A stretch of 48,068 nucleotides of DNA. Source: Candidatus Gottesmanbacteria bacterium. Lineage in GTDB: Bacteria > Patescibacteriota > Microgenomatia > UBA10105 > UBA927. Positions 25,075 through 33,893 of the stretch are shown in pieces. Location: contig JAUXTO010000042.1 in NCBI GenBank assembly GCA_030679255.1, positions 110,714 to 158,781 on the forward strand, read 5' to 3'. The translations under genes and the position numbers were made by a program. Numbering within the stretch: the stretch's first letter is position 1; every line of letters begins with the position of its first letter. The notes beneath the pieces were generated by a model. That model was not told the origin of the DNA. It worked only from the letters and a program-made list of their open reading frames with translations, and searched no databases.

Positions 25075-25326
25075 ATGTCTTACGTATGCGAGCTTTGTGA
25101 TAAACATTCCAGTCGTGGCCGCCAACACACCCATCACACGGGAGTGGCCGGAGGTCAATGGAAAAAACGAGCCCAAACGACGCTCCGTGGCTTTAAACCC
25201 AACCTTCATTGGGTGACGTATTCCATGAAAGGTATCTTGACACGAGTCCATGCTTGTACGAAGTGTATTAAGAGATTGAAGTTTGATATCGCCAAGGATA
25301 CTATCAAAGCCCCTATTTCTGCGTAA
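25075..25326 (+). CDS. rpmB: 50S ribosomal protein L28
   Basis: MSYVCELCDK….G….H….T.R.FKPNL…CTKCIK. Confidence 0.88.
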   Translation: MSYVCELCDKHSSRGRQHTHHTGVAGGQWKKRAQTTLRGFKPNLHWVTYSMKGILTRVHACTKCIKRLKFDIAKDTIKAPISA

Positions 25327-25343
25327 CTCTTCTATTTATATCC

Positions 25344-25643
25344 TTATTTCTTCAATGGAGATTTTGATGGAGTCACCGTTTCCTTAACCTCGCAGAAAAA
25401 TGCGAGACAGCCGTTTCCATCCCGTTTATACGTCCATCCACCGGTGCAGTCTTCTGCGCGAGGCAAGGTAAGTTGCGGACAACTGAGTCCCGCTCGGCTT
25501 CGGAGGTCAAGCGAAACTTTTTTCATAGCGGTCAAAACGACGACTAAGAGTATAAAAGCGAGCGTGAGAAAGATAATAAAATTCCATGAGGAAAGATCAT
25601 TCCATTTTGCCACTTTATTGATGATAATTTTCCGCTTTGCCAT
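25344..25643 (-). CDS. Small single-TM hypothetical protein with a Cys-rich tail
   Basis: MAKRKII…TM…DLRSRA…C…C.GGW…GC…C, with GAGG upstream. Confidence 0.55.
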   Translation of the reverse strand: MAKRKIIINKVAKWNDLSSWNFIIFLTLAFILLVVVLTAMKKVSLDLRSRAGLSCPQLTLPRAEDCTGGWTYKRDGNGCLAFFCEVKETVTPSKSPLKK

Positions 25644-25686
25644 AGTTTTTACCCCTCGTTTCAGTGTACTCACTCGACCAGTCGTG

Positions 25687-26634
25687 TCAAGAGGGCAAAT
25701 AGGCATCCTGAAATTGCGTCCAGGAGACAGGATTCTTGCCTTCAAGTTGGACGGTGTCAAATTGTAGGTTGTAGGTCGTAGGTTGTAGATGAAGAGAGAG
25801 GATTTTAAGCCGCTTTTCTTCACTTTTGACTTGAATAGTCGTCCATACTCCCGGCCAGGGGAAGAACGCACGGAATTTCCGGTCAAGTCTTTGCGCTTCA
25901 TTGGGATCGATGAACGCTTTTTGTATTGCCTCCCATGACTCGAATCCATCATCGCGGGAAAGTCTGCGGGCATATGGTGATGGAGAGGGGGGTGACGAGT
26001 GACGGGTGACGGGTTTATGATCGAGATATGATGGTAAATACTTCGCAAGGAGCTCTGCACCCAAGGTAAAAAGTTTCGTCCGCAGAGGATCACTTGTATC
26101 CGTATCCGTTATGGACATTTTTTTTCGGGCAATAATAGTACCGGTATCAAACGTGTCCGATAGCGTTACGACCGTCACACCGGTCTGGTGGTCTCCGGAA
26201 AATAGTGCCCACGGCACAGGGTCGGCTCCCCGCCAGCGGGGAAGAAGGGACGGATGGACATTGAGTCCACCGAACGCGGCATCACGAATGGTTTTTTGGG
26301 GAATTTTCTGGCCGTAACACGCGCTCACTATCAGGTCAGCTTTAAACGGTTGGAGCGTGTCAATCACTTGATGTTCATCAGCGTACGCCCAGGACTTTTC
26401 GGCGGCGCTGGCAAACGAAAGCACAGGAATGATGTGTTCTTTTGCCCAAGCCTCTACGGGGGTCGGCGTCATCGTTTGTTTCCGGCCTACGGCGCGGGGA
26501 GGTTGGGTGACCACACAGGCAATTTCCAATGACCATCCGCCAGCTGGCGGACCAATGACCAATGCGTACAATGCGCTTAAAACAATGACAGAGTCATCTG
26601 TCGAGCCGAAAAAGATTATTTTTACTGTTTGCAT
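25687..26634 (-). CDS. fmt: Methionyl-tRNA formyltransferase
   Basis: IIFFGS, VVTQPPR.VGR, ACYGQKIP, NVHPSLLPRWRGA.P, RAF.PWPG, VQLEGK. Confidence 0.95.
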   Translation of the reverse strand: MQTVKIIFFGSTDDSVIVLSALYALVIGPPAGGWSLEIACVVTQPPRAVGRKQTMTPTPVEAWAKEHIIPVLSFASAAEKSWAYADEHQVIDTLQPFKADLIVSACYGQKIPQKTIRDAAFGGLNVHPSLLPRWRGADPVPWALFSGDHQTGVTVVTLSDTFDTGTIIARKKMSITDTDTSDPLRTKLFTLGAELLAKYLPSYLDHKPVTRHSSPPSPSPYARRLSRDDGFESWEAIQKAFIDPNEAQRLDRKFRAFFPWPGVWTTIQVKSEEKRLKILSLHLQPTTYNLQFDTVQLEGKNPVSWTQFQDAYLPS

Positions 26635-26646
26635 ACTCTGTACTAT

Positions 26647-27258
26647 TTATTTAAGAATAATCTCTTCCAGCGCTTCTTTGCCTTCCGCATCCTTTACTGA
26701 TTGGTAGAGCTTTCCTTTTTGTTCGAGCACCCGATGGGTGAAAAGGATACCATTGGTGTGGTCCGTTTCATGTTGGAGGATCGTCGCCATAAAACCGGTA
26801 AATTCTTCTTCGTGGGATACGCCGACTTCATCCTGGTAGCGCAAGGAGATGCCGCTAGCACGCTTCACTCTCCCCCAAATTGCGTCAATCGAGAGACATC
26901 CTTCGAGTTTATTATCTGGCGAAGCCAGATCCCGCTTCGCAGGATCCCACTCGGGCCCGACTGCAACGCTATGCGTAGCATTGCGGGCAGGAACTCCTTC
27001 AGTAAGAGCATCAGACCGCTTGATGATTTCAGGATTAATAAATACCCGGATCGGATCATCATCCTTTGGACGAGTGATAAACATCCGGAGGGCAAAGCCT
27101 ACCTGCGGCGCGGCAAGCCCCACCCCTTTGGGTTTACGTGTTGCCCGGAGAGTCTTCTTCATGTCTTCAATAATGGCAATAAGTTTTGAATCAAAGACTC
27201 GTATTGATTCAGCGGGTCTTGTTAACACATTGTGCGGTACTTTTACTATCTGTTTCAT
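26647..27258 (-). CDS. def: Peptide deformylase
   Basis: GVGLAAPQVG, EGCLS, QHETDH; carries in-frame palindromic inserts. Confidence 0.95.
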   Translation of the reverse strand: MKQIVKVPHNVLTRPAESIRVFDSKLIAIIEDMKKTLRATRKPKGVGLAAPQVGFALRMFITRPKDDDPIRVFINPEIIKRSDALTEGVPARNATHSVAVGPEWDPAKRDLASPDNKLEGCLSIDAIWGRVKRASGISLRYQDEVGVSHEEEFTGFMATILQHETDHTNGILFTHRVLEQKGKLYQSVKDAEGKEALEEIILK

Positions 27259-27283
27259 ACAAAACTTGTCACGATCACCGATT

Positions 27284-29614
27284 TTATTCGTTGACTTTCG
27301 ATAAAAATTCTTTATCACCTGCATCTACTTTTGCGAGATAGTCCTTCAGTACCGTACGCGCAAGATCGGATTTTCGTATCTCGGTATAAAATACCCAAAG
27401 GGCATAGTAGCCATCACGATAGTTCGGTTTGAGGGTAATGGTAGATTTGAGAAGATCTATAGCTTTTGTATTATCTCCTTTACGACCGTACAGAATAGAG
27501 AGATTGTAGGTAATCTTCGGATCGTTGGGAGATAATCTCTGTGCTTGTTCGAGAGCGGCAATCGAAGCGTCGTTAAAAGCCGGATCGAAAGAGGAAAATG
27601 TGTAATAGATCTTCGTGCGTGTTTTCCAAAAATTGACGTTTTTGGGACTCGTGGTAATTGCCCGGTCGCTTTCGGCAAGACTCATGCGCACGAATTGGGC
27701 GGCTCGAGTGGCATCCTTCTCCTCAATTGCTGTCGTCGCGAGTCCCGCGTATGCCATCCCTAGCTCATCGGCAAACAATGGTTCAAGCGGATTATAGGTG
27801 AGCGCTTGGGATAATTTCGCGACCGCCACATCATATTGCCCGGCCCGGCTCATGCGATACCCGCTCGCATAAAGTGTATCTGCGTACCAACCCGCCGATA
27901 GCAACGCAAGCAAGCCAAACAATACAAGCAAGACCAGATAGACCGGAATGAGCGATAGAGCATTCGTCTGTTTTGAAGAAGATAAGAATGATACATGATA
28001 AAAAGTATTCTTGTTTCTTGTTTCTTGGTTTTTGATCGTTAAACTCATGATGATCGCCGGAAAAAGAAATAGAAATACTTGCACAATGACGACAGAGAAT
28101 CCGAAGAAGTTTGTGACGAGGATAGAGAGCCAACCGGCAAAGAGGGCTGCACGTAAGCACCAAGCATCAAATTCCAAATTCCAAACAAAATTTAGGGGAT
28201 TTGTTTGTGATTTGGTGCTTGGAATTTGGGATTTGATGAACCAAAATACAAAAGAACTAAGAAGTAATAGGTAGCTTCCGAGTCCAAAAATCCCCGTTGT
28301 AGCCAAGTAGTTGAGGTATTCGTTGTGGGCTTTGTTGTAGAGGAAATCCCATTCGCTCGTCATGTTATGCCCCTGGGGTCGGTATTGGTAAAACGCAAAT
28401 GCAAAGGTCTCCGTGCCGGTGCCGATGAGATAGGCTTTCGTCGAACTTCTCCATGCGTTGATTGCCCCCTGCCAGACGTATTTTCGTATCGTTCCGGATT
28501 CCGTGCCTCCGGTTTCCAAAAGGGGAGCGGTAAATGCTGAGGCGGAAGCCTCGGTGGTTGTAGGTGGTAGGTTGTAGGTTGTAGATTGTGGAAGGCGGGA
28601 TTTCCAGCCGTCAAGCGTAAGCCAACGATCAACCGAGGCGATGGACGTGCCGCTAAAGAATACGATGAGAAAAAAGGATACATGTACAAGGATAAAGGAT
28701 AGATACCCGGGTTTCAAAGCCTGGCTTTGATTTGATTTGGAGCGTCGTAATAATCCGATAAAAAATAACCCCCAAAACACGATATCTGCGACAGCAAACG
28801 CAAAGAGCCCTGAGCGGGAGCGGGTGAAGAGGAGGACGGCAAAAAACAAAATGACCAATGACCAATGACCAATGACCAATAAAATATTCAAGAAATAATT
28901 TTTGTTTGGAAATTGAAAATTGAAAATTGTCCCGCGAAGCGGGATCCCGCTTCGCGTGAGAAATTGTAGCCCGAGCGCCATAGCTAGCGGCGTGAGGGCG
29001 ACCAGGTATGCTGCCAGCCAATTGGGCTGTCCCAACGTCGAGAACACACGATTCTGTACATCCTGTACCCAGAGGTGGCGGTCAATGCCCAACCGTTCCG
29101 CGACCCCGTAGAGGGCGACGACAACACCAGTGGCGAGGGAGATTTTAAGTATATAGGTTAGGGTATTTAGGGGTAAGGGACCATCCGATGATTTATCCGA
29201 GATTTTATTCCTAAATACTAAATACTTTTCCCTAAATACTTCCCCTATGTTGCTTATCAATGCGTAGTACAGCAGCACATAGCTGATGATCGATAACATC
29301 CCGCCATTAAACCGGCTGTAGTAGCCAAACCATGAGACGTGAGGATCGATAGAGAAGAGAGAAGAGAGAAGCTGAGAAAAGAGGAAGAGGAGAATCGGGA
29401 TATCCAACGGTGTTTTGGCAATCCGAAGCTCTCTTTGATGAACGCTCTTGACGAGCCACGCACCGGTTATGACGACCGTGAGGGCGTAGACTGCCATCAT
29501 TTTATTAAATTCAAACAGTTCGTAGTTCCAGGGGGTCAGAAGGATAGGCACCAGGCCAAAAAGGAGATAGAATCCCCACCGGATCACGCGGTCACACCAT
29601 AGGCTCACATTCAT
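27284..29614 (-). CDS. O-antigen ligase family membrane protein with C-terminal TPRs
   Basis: Many TM helices, STLGQPN, TRSRSG, IGTG.ETF, AHNEYL, TPR-like C-terminus. Confidence 0.85.
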   Translation of the reverse strand: MNVSLWCDRVIRWGFYLLFGLVPILLTPWNYELFEFNKMMAVYALTVVITGAWLVKSVHQRELRIAKTPLDIPILLFLFSQLLSSLFSIDPHVSWFGYYSRFNGGMLSIISYVLLYYALISNIGEVFREKYLVFRNKISDKSSDGPLPLNTLTYILKISLATGVVVALYGVAERLGIDRHLWVQDVQNRVFSTLGQPNWLAAYLVALTPLAMALGLQFLTRSGIPLRGTIFNFQFPNKNYFLNILLVIGHWSLVILFFAVLLFTRSRSGLFAFAVADIVFWGLFFIGLLRRSKSNQSQALKPGYLSFILVHVSFFLIVFFSGTSIASVDRWLTLDGWKSRLPQSTTYNLPPTTTEASASAFTAPLLETGGTESGTIRKYVWQGAINAWRSSTKAYLIGTGTETFAFAFYQYRPQGHNMTSEWDFLYNKAHNEYLNYLATTGIFGLGSYLLLLSSFVFWFIKSQIPSTKSQTNPLNFVWNLEFDAWCLRAALFAGWLSILVTNFFGFSVVIVQVFLFLFPAIIMSLTIKNQETRNKNTFYHVSFLSSSKQTNALSLIPVYLVLLVLFGLLALLSAGWYADTLYASGYRMSRAGQYDVAVAKLSQALTYNPLEPLFADELGMAYAGLATTAIEEKDATRAAQFVRMSLAESDRAITTSPKNVNFWKTRTKIYYTFSSFDPAFNDASIAALEQAQRLSPNDPKITYNLSILYGRKGDNTKAIDLLKSTITLKPNYRDGYYALWVFYTEIRKSDLARTVLKDYLAKVDAGDKEFLSKVNE

Positions 29615-29771
29615 CCTCAAAGTATACCATAGAGGGTAGAGGGATTTGACAAATTTTAAAATTTTAGGGATTATTTTTGTAAGCGGTGAAGGGTCAGGAC
29701 CCACAAGGTTGTCGCAATAAGAAATAGTACGCCCCAAACGGCGGCGTTGTTGCTGATTGTGGTATAAAAAT

Positions 29772-29993
29772 CTAAAGAAGATCAAGAAAATTTTCCTTGC
29801 TAATTTCCGCTTGTCGCAAGATAGCCATGAATGTCCCGATTCGAACCGGTTTATTATGGCGGGGAACGATCGTTCTTCGTCCATCGGGATGCCGATAAAC
29901 CACATGACTGCTTTTCGTCGTTCGTGCAATAAATCCTTTACGAACGAGTACCATTTCGATTTGACGTGGTTTGATCTGACGTAATAAGGCCAT
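29772..29993 (-). CDS. hicA: HicA family mRNA interferase toxin
   Basis: L.RKGF….SSH.VYRHPDGRRT.VPRH….GT..AILRQA.I. Confidence 0.88.
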   Translation of the reverse strand: MALLRQIKPRQIEMVLVRKGFIARTTKSSHVVYRHPDGRRTIVPRHNKPVRIGTFMAILRQAEISKENFLDLL

Positions 29994-30271
29994 TATAGCT
30001 GTGCGTATTGAATATTTCCCCGCACGCTCACCTGTGCGGTAGTAACAACATCATGTTCCGGCTCATCCTTTGGAACGGGTAGCCCATCCTCAATGAGACT
30101 TTCAACAAAACACTCAATTGCTCCTTTTATGTTTGCGAGGGCCTGATCAATAGTATCGCCATCATCGGCAACCCCTAATGTGGGGCATAACGCCGTATAT
30201 CCGGGTTCATTTGTGCCTGTACGAACGTCGGGAGTGACGATGATGCGATAGTTGAGGACCGTGGTTTGCAT
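29993..30271 (-). CDS. hicB: HicB family antitoxin
   Basis: GYTALCPTLG….GDTIDQAL.NI..AIE..VESL.EDG.PVP. Confidence 0.88.
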   Translation of the reverse strand: MQTTVLNYRIIVTPDVRTGTNEPGYTALCPTLGVADDGDTIDQALANIKGAIECFVESLIEDGLPVPKDEPEHDVVTTAQVSVRGNIQYAQL

Positions 30272-30320
30272 AGTAGACAAAGTATACCACGCTTTGGCAA
30301 ATCTCCAAAGACCGCTCAAT

Positions 30321-30349
30321 TTGACAAAACTATAGGATTATAGGATAAT
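30321..30349 (+). promoter_or_regulatory. sigma70-type promoter
   Basis: TTGACA-17 nt-GATAAT. Confidence 0.55.
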
Positions 30350-30370
30350 CTCACAACTGCCATCGAGATC

Positions 30371-30398
30371 AAGCCCGCTGCCGACCGAGCGGGTTTTT
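30371..30398 (+). terminator. GC hairpin plus T-tract (terminator/attenuator-like)
   Basis: AGCCCGCT…AGCGGGTTTTT; a similar hairpin occurs in the 16S leader (47031-47058). Confidence 0.5.
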
Positions 30399-30415
30399 GT
30401 GTTTATTTTACCTCG

Positions 30416-30742
30416 CCGTAGTCCTATACCTGTCAAAGGACGAAGGCGGGTGCCTGCCAATCCTTTGTCTTATGCCATGCCCGGCATACGAGAAAAATTT
30501 TTTGTGAACGCCTCTTCACTGAGGTGATTTTTAGTGTTTTGAAATCAGAAGGAAGCGTCATCAATTGACCATTGTCCCTTCCTCCTGGCTTCAAGCCAGT
30601 GCCCGATGGTAGTGCGTGCAGACGGCATAAGCGCCGTCCGTTCACGCCGCCACGAGTAAATTGTACTTTACCCTAGTACCAACCTTTCCGGCTCACAAGG
30701 GCTTCGTCCTTGTCTCGCAGGAGCGGTGGTACAGGGCTACGG
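30416..30742 (+). ncRNA. Candidate large structured ncRNA or leader
   Basis: Closing stems CCGTAGTCCTATACC/GGTACAGGGCTACGG and AAGGACGAAG/CTTCGTCCTT, inner GTGAACG/CGTTCAC, several hairpins; no credible ORF. Strand inferred from the promoter. Confidence 0.5.
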
Positions 30743-31069
30743 TGCAAAGCACCTTGACAAGTGAATGAAGGAAAATAATTATAGGGCGTCAAAATTGCCA
30801 AACGACGCAAGCGAGGTGAGGTAAGTTGCTGGCTCTCAATACGAACGTAAAACATTCTTTTCCTCTATCTATTTGCGGGTTAGATAATCCAATCGGGTAT
30901 CGGTTCAAGGTTTTAACGGATATCCCACCGGATTATCTAATACTAAAAAATAATGAAAGGAAAAAGGATGAAAAAATTGAATAAGGGTTTATCCCTATAA
31001 AAAATTAAAGAACTTCGTATTGAAATACTTGGTTTGAAAAAATTTTAGCAAGCAAACAGGAGACTCATC

Positions 31070-31186
31070 ATGGCTAAGGATCCAAACGGAAATAAGTTGT
31101 GCAATTGCGGTCTACCAAAACATCACAAAGGGCAATGCAAGACGCAGAAACCACAGGGTTCCACCAAGAAGGAGAAAGAAAAGTAG
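31070..31186 (+). CDS. 38-aa Cys/His, Lys-rich small protein
   Basis: AGGAGA ribosome-binding site; MAKDPNGNKLCNCGLPKHHKGQCKTQKPQGSTKKEKEK. Confidence 0.5.
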   Translation: MAKDPNGNKLCNCGLPKHHKGQCKTQKPQGSTKKEKEK

Positions 31187-31290
31187 AAATTTTCAAATCC
31201 CGCCAGAACACCGGCGGGCCTGACTTATAAACGAGGCGAATCTTCGTCTCGAAAAATTTCTAGCGCCCAAAAGGGCAAAGGAGATCGGAA

Positions 31291-32871
31291 GTGTTTAAAA
31301 AAACATTTCTTCTCATAGTAGCCCTTTCTGGGTTACTTTTTTTCAAAGTCAGTTCAGTCACGGCCCAAACCCGAGACTGTAAATTCTCTTCTCCTATAGA
31401 GGGTGGGAAACCAAATGGAGATTTTGCTTTCCAGGCAACCACGCCCTGGGAACCCTCGCACACCGGTGAGGACTTTATCTATGCCCCAGGGACTCACGTC
31501 CTTGCCGTCGACGAGGGTGAGGTGGTATTTGCTGGCTGGTGGCCACCGGAAGGCGAGAGCAGTCGCTTTGGATACGGACCATCCGTATTCATTCAGCACG
31601 ACTGTGGTGTGTTGAGTTTCTACACACACCTGGATCCGAGCATCCCCGCGGTTCGGACCCAAAAGGTCGAACGCGGCCAGTTGATCGGACTCATCGGACC
31701 AAAGGGTATCGCCCCGGCTGGCAACGTACCCCATCTTCATTTCGGAATACGAAATGGAGATAGCGATCCTAATCTGGGATACTCCGGATCCGGATCCTGG
31801 TTCGACCCGAAAGTTTTTCTCAATTCCGCTCCTGTGGCTAAGAAAACGCCACTTGGTGGAATGAGATCGTCAGATGCGTTATCAACTCCTATAACGCTTC
31901 CATCTATTGACGAGATCTGGGAGAACATCACAGCAATAATCCCGTACGGCCTTGGGATTATTTTGCTGATTTTTGTAGTAAAGAACGGTGGATATATGAT
32001 CTCTGGATTTATATACCACTCGTTCTGGGGTACCTATAAATGGAACGCCTGGATGTTAGGCGCGACGCTTGCGGTACCCTTTAGCTGCATAATCTTCCTT
32101 CTCTATCCGGTCATTAACAATCTACCGGAAGCGCCTAAAAACGCTATGGCAGCAATGTCATTTGAAGAGAAGGGGACGCAATATGCAGCTATCTACGGTC
32201 GTTTTCGCGGCTGGGGAACAGTCGGAACCCTAACAAGCGCAGAAGCGATCGTCAAAAAGGCCCAGGAGAATGCCACACTGGTCTCAAGTTGGAACAAGAC
32301 TCCGGTGAAGCCCGTAGTGATTTTGAACATCTACGGCGCAGGCACTTCACCAGAAAAACCGGAGTTCATCAAGCAAGTATTAGCCGCGGCAAAAGGAAAA
32401 ATCGTGGTAATGCTTGATATCCAACCGACACCCGGACAGAGCTTGCAAGAGCTTTGTACTACCGCGGTGTCGTACGTATCAAGTGACCAGATTTGGATCT
32501 CGATTGATCCTGAGTATTTTAAGGGTCAATTCGAAGCTTCATGGCTCAACGAATGCGCCGACCGCTACAACGCGGCGCTCCAAAACGGCCATGGGGTAAT
32601 AGGTCTGTGGGAGTTTCGCCCGGGAGGGGCCTGGCTCCTGAAAGATCCGCAGAACGTCACCCGACGACGTTCGCGATCACTCATCCTCCCAATGTTTGAC
32701 GGGTTCGGCTCGCTTTCTGCGAAAACCGCCGGACTCGAGCAACTTAAAAAGAGCTACGGAGAACCCTTTGGGGTAGCCGAGTGGCAGAGTTTATACCCCG
32801 ACCGATATGATCGAGGATTTACTCCAAACTCCCTACTTACAAAAGGGCCGTGGATCTTAGTGAGGTACTAA
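31291..32871 (+). CDS. M23 peptidase fused through TM helices to an uncharacterised domain
   Basis: HTGED, GT.VLA…G.VVFAG, YTHL, V..GQLIG, PHLHFGIR; C-terminal LDIQP…IDPEY…FDGFG. Confidence 0.8.
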   Translation: MFKKTFLLIVALSGLLFFKVSSVTAQTRDCKFSSPIEGGKPNGDFAFQATTPWEPSHTGEDFIYAPGTHVLAVDEGEVVFAGWWPPEGESSRFGYGPSVFIQHDCGVLSFYTHLDPSIPAVRTQKVERGQLIGLIGPKGIAPAGNVPHLHFGIRNGDSDPNLGYSGSGSWFDPKVFLNSAPVAKKTPLGGMRSSDALSTPITLPSIDEIWENITAIIPYGLGIILLIFVVKNGGYMISGFIYHSFWGTYKWNAWMLGATLAVPFSCIIFLLYPVINNLPEAPKNAMAAMSFEEKGTQYAAIYGRFRGWGTVGTLTSAEAIVKKAQENATLVSSWNKTPVKPVVILNIYGAGTSPEKPEFIKQVLAAAKGKIVVMLDIQPTPGQSLQELCTTAVSYVSSDQIWISIDPEYFKGQFEASWLNECADRYNAALQNGHGVIGLWEFRPGGAWLLKDPQNVTRRRSRSLILPMFDGFGSLSAKTAGLEQLKKSYGEPFGVAEWQSLYPDRYDRGFTPNSLLTKGPWILVRY

Positions 32872-33764
32872 TGGGTACATTATTTGCGTACATAGGTCCA
32901 TTTTTACTTATTGTGGGCCTACTGTTGATGATCGTAACTGTTCTTTATGTTGCGATAAAGGGGATGCAGGTTGGATTCAGAGCCTCCATTGATATGATGT
33001 CTGCATTTCTGTTAATCAGCTCGGTACTGGTTCTTGGTTTCGCGCTGATATGGAATCTCTCGGGCGTTGTTTGGCGCGACTGGATGACCAAGGGCGATAC
33101 AGCTGACTATATCAGTGGGCAATGGTCGAAAATCGGCGTAGTTGATCAGAAACAAGCAGATCAGCCTGCTCCGAAAGTAATTGCGCCCGTGACAGTTTAT
33201 ACCGAAGTGTTAGCGACGTTTGATCAAAGACTTGTGAATACTAAAAGTGGCTCCGCCACTGAATTCAATGCGTTAACACAAACATCGCGCACTCTAACTG
33301 ATGCCGATAAAATTCAAATATGCGGCTGGTCGCGCGATGGACGGCTGATCGGGTGTCCCGTTCATACTGGGAAGCTGATAGCGGCAGATCAATTGAAATG
33401 GATGGAAGCTGGAATCAGCATCCCACCACAACTCTTGCCCGCGACTCCGATTCCGACTAAAGTGATCGTAACACCTGCTCAGTGCAAGGCGAAATTCGTT
33501 CGCTCGTACAATTCGAAAGAGTTCGAAAAGTTAGTCGGTGCATCTGGCGTACCAATTGGTTATTCGATCATGATAATTGGACCCGGCGCAACTGGATACA
33601 TCCCGATGGTCGGCAACGATACATACGAAGCCTCAATTGAATGGGGTATTGGGGTAGAACCGACAAAATTTCGAATGGCATATGCGAAAGGAGCAGAATT
33701 CGGCATCTGGCGAATCTCGACAAAAACTGTCGCCGGAACCAACACAACTCTCTGCGCACCTTAA
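32871..33764 (+). CDS. Membrane-anchored hypothetical protein
   Basis: TAATG coupling to the upstream gene; two TM helices. Confidence 0.65.
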   Translation: MGTLFAYIGPFLLIVGLLLMIVTVLYVAIKGMQVGFRASIDMMSAFLLISSVLVLGFALIWNLSGVVWRDWMTKGDTADYISGQWSKIGVVDQKQADQPAPKVIAPVTVYTEVLATFDQRLVNTKSGSATEFNALTQTSRTLTDADKIQICGWSRDGRLIGCPVHTGKLIAADQLKWMEAGISIPPQLLPATPIPTKVIVTPAQCKAKFVRSYNSKEFEKLVGASGVPIGYSIMIIGPGATGYIPMVGNDTYEASIEWGIGVEPTKFRMAYAKGAEFGIWRISTKTVAGTNTTLCAP

Positions 33765-33790
33765 AAGATTTCCTTCATCACTTCGTTACA

Positions 33791-33845
33791 TCGGTATGGG
33801 GCATGACCTGCCTTTTCTGATTTATCAGAAAATGCCCCATACCGA
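33791..33845. terminator. Strong inverted repeat after the 31291-33764 gene pair
   Basis: 14-bp perfect stem TCGGTATGGGGCAT/ATGCCCCATACCGA with an inner TTTTCTGA/TCAGAAAA. Confidence 0.55.
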
Positions 33846-33893
33846 ACGTTATATTGACTCAAAATTAGTAGTATCCTATAATACAATATTCTT

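Noticed and set aside
29681-29755. SRP (4.5S) RNA, suggested by GGTCAGG
   Set aside because: It lacks the GNRA tetraloop and the AGCAG strand of helix 8.
30783-30850. c-di-GMP-I riboswitch, suggested by GACGCAAGC
   Set aside because: The GGCAAA/P2 GNRA and P3 elements are not found.
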